From positions 55,166,001 through 55,199,658 of the forward strand of contig NC_068990.1 in assembly GCF_001194135.2 (NCBI RefSeq): DNA of 33,658 bases. Direction: 5' to 3'. Origin of the DNA: Octopus bimaculoides (taxonomy: Eukaryota). Positions 24,970-33,658 of the stretch are shown in pieces (positions within the stretch are counted from its first letter, which is position 1; the number at the start of each line of letters is the position of its first letter). The position numbers were made by a program, and so were the translations under genes. The notes beneath the pieces were generated by a model that was not told where the DNA came from, did not search any database, and was given only the letters and a program-made list of their open reading frames with translations.

Positions 24970-25410
24970 ACATCATCATCATCATCATCATTTAACAGCC
25001 ACTGTCCATGGGTTGGACAGTTTGACCAGGCCTGGTAAACTGAGAGGCTGCACCAGACTCCAGTCTGATTTGGTATGGTTTCTATGACTGGATCCATTTC
25101 CTAATGCCAACTGCTCTGATAGTGTAATGACTGCTTTTATGTGCCACCAGCATGGGTGCCAGTTACATGACACCAGCATTGGCCACATTGCCTCCGTGAG
25201 ACCCAACACTCAAATGAAGCCTTTTACACACCACCAGCACAGGTATCAGTTATGTGACACCAGCACTGGTCACATTGCCTCTGTGAGGCTCAACACTTGA
25301 ATAGTGCTTTCTATATACTACCAGCACAGGTGCCAGTGTCAACCATGACTACAATTTCACTTTGCTTGACAGGTCTTCTCAAGCACGGCATATCGCCAAA
25401 GGTCTTTGGC
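24970..25410 (-). mobile_element. RTE-family 3' end fragment with about 88-bp internal tandem units and a (GAT)n tail
   Basis: Homologous to 5109-5640; units at about 25141-25229 and 25230-25316. Confidence 0.75.
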
Positions 25411-25511
25411 ACAAGGCAGTAATTTCATGGGAGGGAAGTAAGTTGATTACATTGACCCCAGTGCTCAACTGATACTTATTTTAACAACCCTGAAAGGAAT
25501 GAAAGGCAATG

Positions 25512-25829
25512 AAAGATCCAGTTACAGGAAACTGAATGCATCTTTCCTGGGGTGCAAAGATTACAATGAATGGATTTGTGAATCAGTTAGAGGGCATTGA
25601 TTAGAGCAATTGTTAACAAATTGTAACTCATCCTGAAAAGAATGATTAGAACAAAATTGATAAGGTTTAATAAAGGAGTAGCAATACAGAAAACTAAATT
25701 AGAGGGAGCCCTAATAACAAACTTAGAAGAGGTATTTAGGAAAGGCTTGTGGTGGGGTTTGCCCTTGACTATTTCTTCAACACAAAAAAGGTGAAGGCTG
25801 TATTGTCAGAACTAGGGTGCACATTTTAA
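25512..25829 (+). repeat. Second copy of the 318-bp LINE-derived segment
   Basis: See 21859-22176. Confidence 0.95.
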
Positions 25830-26183
25830 TGCACCAATTCACACAGCTAAAGTTGTTACTGAATAGCACAAGGAACATTCTAATGAAGTTGAACATCTTA
25901 TCTGGCCACCACAGTCTCCAGATCTCAATATTATTGAATATTTATGGTGCATTTTAGAAAAACAAGGAAGGAGTTGATATCCTCCACTATCATCACCACA
26001 AGACCTGGAGAACGTTTTAACTGAAAAATGGACAAAAATTCTTTTAGAAACAATTCAAACTTTGTACAAGTCCATAGCTCATAGAATTGAAGCTGTGATT
26101 ACTGCCAAAGGCGGTCCTACCCCATATTAAAATAAATTTGTTTGAAATTTTAAAGTGTTTCCCATTATTTTGTCCAACCTCTG
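25830..26183 (+). mobile_element. 3' part of a Tc1-like transposon with its right TIR
   Basis: NAPIHTAKVVTE*HKEHSNEVEHLIWPPQSPDLNIIEYLW…RIEAVITAKGGPTPY*; ends …cccattattttgtccaacctctg|TA (TIR CAGAGGTTGGACAAAATAATGGG). Confidence 0.9.
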
Positions 26184-27079
26184 TATGTACATATATATTT
26201 GGATGTAATTGTATGTATGGATGGATGGTCATTGAAGGAAACCGCTTCACATTATGGTATCAAGTGGGGGAGACTGGAAAAGAGCAAGCTTTACTTTAAC
26301 AGCAGTAGAAAGTGTTGATTCTGCTTGACTGAGAAAAGAATTATACTGAAGAACCCCCTTTCACCTAGACAGCTGCCTAAAAGTTAAAAATAGGTTTTTT
26401 TGTTCCTGCCATCATGAGTGCAGATATGCCTTAGCAAACTGGCCGACCCCTTCATAAATATAAACATTGGATCCCCTCCATTGGTGTTCTTCTCACCACA
26501 ATATGTGGAATTAATTATATTATTTATGACATCTAATATTGATATATACAAGTCCCTAAACACACATGCATGTACACGACTGCACATCATTTTAAAATTA
26601 GCACTCCTTCCTATCTCCTGTCCCATGTTACCCCATTCTGCTCTATAGGAATAAATCTTGCATACCAGGGTGGTCCATTTTCAGTCCCAATCCAAAGGAC
26701 ATTACTCCAGTGAACTAAATAGTTTTTTCCTTGGTTTTAACCAGGGTGATTTCTTCTCTGAACTTCATTCCAGCTTTTTACAACAACCCTAAAACCCACA
26801 AAGCAGATGTTGACACATTCAACTATTTCTGATGACTGCTGAAATTGGTTCTCTACTTCTGGCATGAAACCGTTTGATAATTTGGCCATATATGTAACAC
26901 AATATGCAAAAAGTTCTCTCCTTTTCAATGACTACTTTGCATAAATGAGAAAGTGCTATTACATTATATATAATTAGAGTATTTGTCAATATGAACAGCT
27001 ATGGAGAAATTGAGGTAAGTAAACCGGTGGAATTGTGCATCTTCAAATGCTGAAAAGTAAAGCTAAATATCTAGACATA

Positions 27080-27900
27080 TGACTATGAAGAGATGATAGT
27101 TTTGTAGTTTACCATATATGACTTAATTACAATTAATACTGACAATCCCCACCAGCCCATGTATAGTTAGTTTTCCAGCGATAACCCTGGACCTAGACAA
27201 TGGTAAACACTAACATTATAATAAGCCAAACAATAAGCTAATGTACATAAAGACTCCAACAATCTTCTCAATAGGATGACCATGTCAATTCGTAATATAA
27301 GCAAAATATCTAAAAGATCTCCATATAGTCCCACCAGGAGCCTGGAAGCAAGTTCAAGATTAAGAAAAACTGTACAGAGAACTCAAGAAATATCTCAAGT
27401 AGGTAGGGTTAGTTCAGTAAAAACTGATTAAGGCTAGGTTGGTATGTGTGGAAGTTGTTTCACAAGCCATTCCCTCAACTTCATGCTCTCCTTGGAGAAT
27501 AATGGATGGAAAAATACAATAGCTTTGTCAAGACAAAAAATCCTGTGTGAGCTAATTCAATGTTGAATAGTCAAGGTTGATTACCCATGCAAAACAAAGC
27601 AATGTCAGCCCTTTATAGGTAAAAAAAAAAGTATAATTTAATCTAGTAATCCGAGACCCTAAAACAAAATTTGAAGCGACAAAATATTCTGCTTAACAGA
27701 TTATAACTGTGTGATTCACCTTGACTTTTCTAGTAGGCATATGCAAATGTGAGCTATTCAGTAGACATGCAGAAGGCACCCAACATTACCCTTTCCCTGA
27801 GTTAAACATCTAGAATAAATATATTGCTATTATCAAAAAGATTTCTTCTTCGAAATCTTATCTACAGATCATGTTGAATGGCCACAGTGGAACAATCAAC
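27080..27900 (+). mobile_element. Heavily decayed Penelope-like element (RT core and thumb, C-terminus)
   Basis: RDDSFV (YxDD region), ITLDLDNGKH*HYNKPNNKLMYI (thumb motif) and a C-terminal …LLRNLIYRSC-like segment; many frameshifts. Confidence 0.55.
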
Positions 27901-27949
27901 ACTATCGAAAGATTTATAGTTACAGTGTGTCTATTTTAGAGCACTTACT

Positions 27950-28360
27950 CTCTTTACTCTTTTACTCTTTTACTTGTTTCAGTCATTTGACTGCAGCCAT
28001 GCTGGAGCACCGCCTTTAGTCGAGCAAATCGACTCCAGGATTTATTCTTTGGAAGCATAGTACTTATTCTATCGGTCTCTTTTGCCGAACCGCTAAGTTA
28101 AGGGGACGTAAACACACCACCATCGGTTGTCAAGCGTTAGTGGGGGGACAAACACAGACACACGTGTGTGTATATATATATATATATATGCACATATATA
28201 CGACGGGCTTCTTTCAGTTTCCGTCTACCAAATCCACTCACAAGGCTTTGGTCGGCCCGAGGCTATAGTAGAAGACACTTGCCCAAGGTGCCACGCAGTG
28301 GGACTGAACGCAAAACTATGTAGTTGGTAAGCAAGCTACTTACCACACAGCCACTCCTGC
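27950..28360 (-). mobile_element. Well-preserved full-length SINE with tRNA-like head, central (TA)/(TG) microsatellite and (agtaaaag)n tail
   Basis: Head gcgcaggagtggctgtgtggtaagtagcttgc… at 28360; tail …gaaacaagtaaaagagtaaaagagtaaag at 27950; CpGs retained, which suggests a young copy. Confidence 0.85.
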
Positions 28361-28789
28361 GCTTTCAAACTGAAAACACATAATCTTATTTATTTATCAA
28401 TGATTCACAGTGGGATCTTTTCTGTTTGGCTTTCACTTTTGATGTATTGATGTAGTTTGTATGCTAATTATGGAACTGAAATTCATTTTTGCCGTAAAAT
28501 TATAATATAAAGTTAATAGCTTTTAAATTTTGCAAATTTTGAGTAATTTTACCTAATCATAAGCCTTATACATATTGGTGCTTGTTTCCATAGTAACAAA
28601 CTAAGCTGTTGTCTGCTTAAAGATTCTGTACTTATATTCTGAACTGTTGATTCTGAATTTTTGCTACAAAATATGTTTTAATTGTTTTTTTCATATTTGG
28701 TATGTTGATGTAATTCTTCACACTGAATCCAATTTTGTTATTTAGAAAAAAGTTCAATAAAAATATGTTACCTATTGATTAACTCCAGG

Positions 28790-29560
28790 TCATCCACCGA
28801 TCGGACTGACCTCAAACGCCAACCCTGAACCCTAATTCTGACCCTAAACCTCAACCCTAAGCCCTAACTCTAACCCTAGTATATCCCAAACTTTCGTTTT
28901 TGAATTTCCGCTATTAATTGTTTACATTAACTTAACTACGGTAGTATAACATACCGTTTGTTTTGTTTTTGTTTGTTTTTTTAATGTTTTTGTAATTTTT
29001 TGCAAAAACAAATTTTCACTAATAATTTGTTCTTCTTATATTGTCTATTCATTTAGTTTATTCACTTGAGTTTATTCATTTAAACTTATTAAAACTTCTT
29101 ACAACTTTCGTTGTCATAGTATATTGCTTTCATTTTATTCAATAAAAGTTATGACGCAGAAAATGCCTGCTTTCAAATTCTGTATTCTGATTGGGTCAAA
29201 ATAATCAAACTTTAAACCTCTGTAACATTTTTCTAAAATATTTTTTCTGAAGCAACATCAGATTCAGTGTTATAAATTACACCAATATACGAAATTTTAA
29301 AACTATCACTTAAATTTCAAATTTCAAAAAGTGGAAGCCAAATAGAAGATATTCCACAGGGTTCCCGTTTTTTCTGAAATGTTTTCTCTGTGTCTTGTGT
29401 TTCTAAGCCTATTGAATACTGAGTCAAGCTGACGCTTCAGGACGAACTTGTGGCATGTTTGTTGGGAGACAGCTCGTTATCAGCTTCAGCTTACTGAATG
29501 AATTGTTGGGTTCTGCTGAAGCTGCTGTGACAAGCTTCATGAGAAATGTCTAGGATAATG
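28790..29560 (-). mobile_element. hAT transposon remnant: C-terminal dimerisation domain plus 3' region
   Basis: Minus strand 29410-29550 reads LVTAASAEPNNSFSKLKLITSCLPTNMPQVRPEASA*LSIQ, matching the hAT consensus PVTVASAERSFSKLKLIK.YLRSTMSQERLS.LALLSIE. Left boundary is uncertain. Confidence 0.6.
28821..28878 (+). repeat. Degenerate (CCCTAA)n telomere-like array, about 9-10 units
   Basis: aaccctgaaccctaattctgaccctaaacctcaaccctaagccctaactctaacccta. Confidence 0.8.
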
Positions 29561-29599
29561 CACGAAAATATACAATGACGTTTTCCAACTTGTATATTA

Positions 29600-29801
29600 T
29601 CTTTTACGTGTTTCACTTATTGGACTGAAACCATGTTGAGCAACCGCCTTGAAGTGTTTTTAATCGAACGAATCGAGCACAGTACTTATATATTTAAAAA
29701 TTGGTACTTGTTCTACCTTTTTCTGTGCCGAACCGCTAAGTGACAGGAGCGCAAACAAAACTACACCGGTTTCAAGCAGTGGTGTGGATAAATACAAAGA
29801 T

Positions 29802-29857
<56 letters not shown>

Positions 29858-29867
29858 NNNNNNNNNN

Positions 29868-29942
<75 letters not shown>

Positions 29943-30131
29943 CTCACATACATACATACATACATACAAACATACATACGCCGAGTTTTTTTCAGTTTTG
30001 GTCTACCAAATCCACTCACAAAGTTTTGGTCGGCTCAGGACTATAGTAGAAAACACTTGCCCAAGGTACCACACATCGGGGCTGAACCAGGAACTATATT
30101 GGTGGGAAGCAAACTTCTTGCCACACAGCCA
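29600..30131 (-). mobile_element. SINE of the same family with a compound (CA)n(CT)n(CA)n microsatellite containing a 10-N gap (29858-29867)
   Basis: Both halves align to 27950-28360. Confidence 0.8.
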
Positions 30132-30684
30132 TGCCTGGATAAATCAAATGGGTACCAAAGTTGTCATGGTATATGATAGTGATCCAATGAGAGAGCCTTG
30201 AGGTGGAGGCTCAACTTGATAGAAAGAGCCAAATTTTCCTCAAACCATACACTACCTTCATAAAGTACACCTTTGAAAAAGTAGTCTAGGACACACTACC
30301 TAAATAATAATAAAAATAAAGACGGGGTGATCACAGCTTGAATGTCTTTTGTATCAAGTCGGCCTGAATAGGGATGTTTGGGGTAACAACAACATTCACA
30401 TGAAGGAGCCTGTACGTAGTCGTTCGACTGGCTAGAAGCAGCAATCAAATCTCTCTTTCAAATCATACCCCCATCGTCTTTTAGAAGAAATGTTACGTTG
30501 GACAATATAATCCCAAATACATCATGCGCGATAAAAAGAAAAACAGGATGGTTACAGCCAGAATGCCTTTGTTCATAGGTCTACTCATGCAAGGCTGATC
30601 ACGAGTTAGATATCAAAGTAACTAAACAATTTCCTTTATAATATCGATGTTCAGCATATAGTCACTACTTCACGGGTGAAGGTG

Positions 30685-30724
<40 letters not shown>

Positions 30725-30914
30725 ATGGAGCAGTAACAGAAAAAAGGTGTTAATTTTCAGGACAAGGAAGAAAAAGAGGTGAAGGGAAAGAGAAGTAACT
30801 TTAAATTCATTTTTGAGAAACATAACAAAAAAAGTTATCATGTCGTGGAGAACAACTGCAACAGCAGAAAGAAAATATATATATAACAGTCTATAAATAT
30901 AAAGACCTTTATAC

Positions 30915-30916
<2 letters not shown>

Positions 30917-30973
<57 letters not shown>
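30917..30973. repeat. (TA)n microsatellite. Other arrays include (TA)n 528-565, (GT)n 10383-10428, (AGT)n 22528-22570 and (TATG)n 31236-31291
   Basis: Directly visible. Confidence 0.95.
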
Positions 30974-30976
<3 letters not shown>

Positions 30977-31575
30977 ACTACTTGTGTCGTTTTCTATTGT
31001 CTTGTCTTTATTCTGTTGTTGCTTATTTGTTTATGTTTCCATCACCGTCTTTTATGTCCTCTCACTTATTTCAGCAGCGTTTTGCTGTTGACAAAACCAA
31101 AATGAACACTCTTATGAATAATGGCGTGAAATTGTGAAGATTTTTGGTCGATAACTGATGAAGAATTACCATGTCCACATCTTGCATATGTTTTTCTGAG
31201 CGTTTCTTTGTTTTTCTGCACAATATTTTACTCTTATGTATGTATGTATGTATGTATGTATGTATGTATGTATGTATGTATGTATGTATGTATTACGTAC
31301 GTGTATGTATAGCTACCTAAGAAGCTGAGTAAGGAAAAATATGCGCTCGTACATTTGCTAATAGAGTGGGTGTATTGATCAATGTGTACAGTAATATATA
31401 TCTACTACGGCCGATCTTATCAATCGGTTTCGTATTAGGGATGTTAGACAACAGCCCAACTATGTAACCCTGCACTCTTCAGAGTTTGCAGTTATGTGCC
31501 ATATTTCTTCCATAACTACTAACACTGAAAAGTGCAGGATAATATAATCAGGCTAACTTGCAGATCAGACCTCGC

Positions 31576-31612
<37 letters not shown>

Positions 31613-32069
31613 CTTGCAGATTACAAATACAGTCTGTAAGTGGAACAATAAAAATATGCAAGTCTTTTCTCAAATTTAAAATATGACATTGTGTTTACTT
31701 TCTACATTCCAACGTTGGAGCTTTGTATCTTTGTTAGAAATGAGAAACTTCCTCAAAGGAAGAATTCAAATAATCTATATTATATATAGATAGTTAAGGT
31801 AAATCCCACCTGTTTCCTCTTGAAACACGTCATATTCCATTATTATAATCATTATGTATCCACAGTTATTGTTCTATGTAAATTGAAACACGCATTGAAA
31901 TTGAGAAATATGGAAATATTTTGGAGTTATTTATTCTCCATTACATGTGTTTCTTTTGCTAATAGTTATTACAAAGATTATATAGACATATAAGAAATTT
32001 CCTCTTGTAATGGGAAAAGCTTAAAATATATCAATCATCACAACAAAAATATAGCACCTCTTTTCATTG

Positions 32070-33433
32070 CTATTTAAAGGAGAACTGGAAGAGGTATTTG
32101 GACGATTGCTTTATACTTTGAAAAGACAGCATGGACAAACTCCTCGATTTCAAAATAATGCTTAACAATATTAATAGCAACATACAATTCACCATGGAGT
32201 ACAGCAGTAAACAACTCCCTTTTATTGACATCCTAATTAAAATAGTCAATAACCACATCGAAACAGACATCTTCTATAAACCCACAGATTCTAAACAATA
32301 CCTATTATTCAACTCATGTCACCCTAAACACATAAAAATTAATATACCTTATANNNNNNNNNNNNNNNNNNNNNNNNNNNNNNNNNNNNNNNNNNNNNNN
32401 NNNNNNNNNNNNNNNNNNNNNNNNNNNNNNNNNNNNNNNNNNNNNNNNNNNNNNNNNNNNNNNNNNNNNNNNNNNNNNNNNNNNNNNNNNNNNNNNNNNN
32501 NNNNNNNNNNNNNNNNNNNNNNNNNNNNNNNNNNNNNNNNNNNNNNNNNNNNNNNNNNNNNNNNNNNNNNNNNNNNNNNNNNNNNNNNNNNNNNNNNNNN
32601 NNNNNNNNNNNNNNNNNNNNNNNNNNNNNNNNNNNNNNNNNNNNNNNNNNNNNNNNNNNNNNNNNNNNNNNNNNNNNNNNNNNNAACAATGAACAAAATT
32701 TTAGGCTCACACAAAATTATCAAAAGCAAAATGCAACCTAAATCATTGAAAAAAATATTAACCAGTGCAAGACTATATCCATTAATAACAACAGAACCAA
32801 AAGTGAAAAAACGTGGTCGACCTAACTGTGGTACTTGCCCCCACCTTTTGGAGGGTTCAGAGTTCCACTTTAAACAAGGTGAAATATTTAAGATTAAATC
32901 AAATTTCACCTGTGCCTCGGAAAATCTAATCTATGCCATTGTATGTTTAGGATGTGGTAATAATTATATTGACCAAACAGGAATATCACTCCTTTGAAGA
33001 ACCACTCTCCACAAAGAGCAAATCCGCCACCCACAATACAGACAGATACAGGTCAGTGGACACATAGAAAGGTGTGCGAGGAATCTTAATCCTAATTTTT
33101 CGCTTCTATTAATGTTCACAGAACACCTCAATACAACAATGAATGAATAAAGAGGCAACTTTCATCAATAAATATCTTCCACAACTAAATATGAGCACAC
33201 AACATAATACAGAACACTACTAACCTTTCAATTAATATCACTAACCCCTATACATCCCATACACCATTCATATTACAGAACTATATCTACCCTAATTGCC
33301 CCAAATCCAGAACTACTCACCTCCCTTACACATAATCTTTTTACTCAGAGACTAGTAGACCTGACGCCGTTCAGTAATCGGTGTGCATTCAAAGCAATGA
33401 TTAGATATTTACGAAACTGGTATGCTTTTGAAT
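32070..33433 (+). mobile_element. 5'-truncated Penelope-like retroelement: RT core and thumb, GIY-YIG endonuclease, 3' pseudo-LTR with hammerhead-like motif; interrupted by an N gap
   Basis: WKRYLDDCFIL, IQFTME…LPFIDILI…TDIFYKPTDSKQYLLFNSCHP, RPNCGTCPH…FTCASENLIYAIVCLGCGNNYIDQTG (degenerate GIY-YIG with Cys motifs), then …LHKEQIRHPQYRQ…SGHIERC after a stop. Confidence 0.93.
32354..32684. other. Assembly gap (331 N)
   Basis: Run of n. Confidence 0.99.
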
Positions 33434-33658
33434 TTCTTTAACAATTCACAATAATGACTTTTATTACTTTTATTCCTACCTCAGTTCACCTAATTTTATA
33501 TATCTATCGTTACTTTTCATAAAAAGCCTTTACTTTTTTTGATTTCCAATGTACATTTTCGCATATTTTTCTTCTTACTTTCCCATTACATTTCCACGCG
33601 TAGTTTCTATCTTGTTTTTGTAACATATTTCTATTATATATATATATATATACATATA

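Noticed and set aside
26200-27015. Short ORFs on both strands and a plus-strand gtaagt donor at 27015
   Set aside because: All frames are interrupted and no family motif is recognisable.
31153-31235. ctgatgaag motif as a hammerhead core
   Set aside because: No downstream GAAA or stem I partner at a suitable spacing.

Overview
AT-rich, microsatellite- and transposon-dense animal genomic DNA. The SINE, RTE, Penelope and mariner content looks like a coleoid cephalopod (Octopus-type) genome; this is inference, not database-confirmed. The window is mostly intronic sequence of one minus-strand host gene. I reconstructed it by hand from short GT-AG exons that the ORF track largely misses: 16779-17000, 11738-11959, 8277-8360, 7438-7578 and 2089-2201, plus weaker candidates at 21081-21131 and 12003-12059. 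The exons join in frame into a divergent myosin-VII-type first MyTH4 domain (…TFENFARKNFQ…FSKEPLLISLL…HL|AAMSSWITILKIMGDFPE…LDHIQFLCCLGMLKNSLR|). I found no motor/IQ exons and no next (DEIYCQ-type) exon in the window. The introns hold a full-length decayed mariner, a maT/Tc1-type element, a Tc1 3' half, RTE and L1/Tx1-like LINE fragments, several Penelope remnants with hammerhead-like motifs, a hAT remnant, MITEs, many SINEs, a tRNA-Asp pseudogene and two assembly gaps. Best second-look items: a 104-nt G-U-biased pri-miRNA-like hairpin on the host strand, a perfect 59-bp foldback, a 318-bp templated duplication at an element junction, a possible 43-nt intron and degenerate hammerhead ribozymes. 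I found no clearly new multi-gene system.
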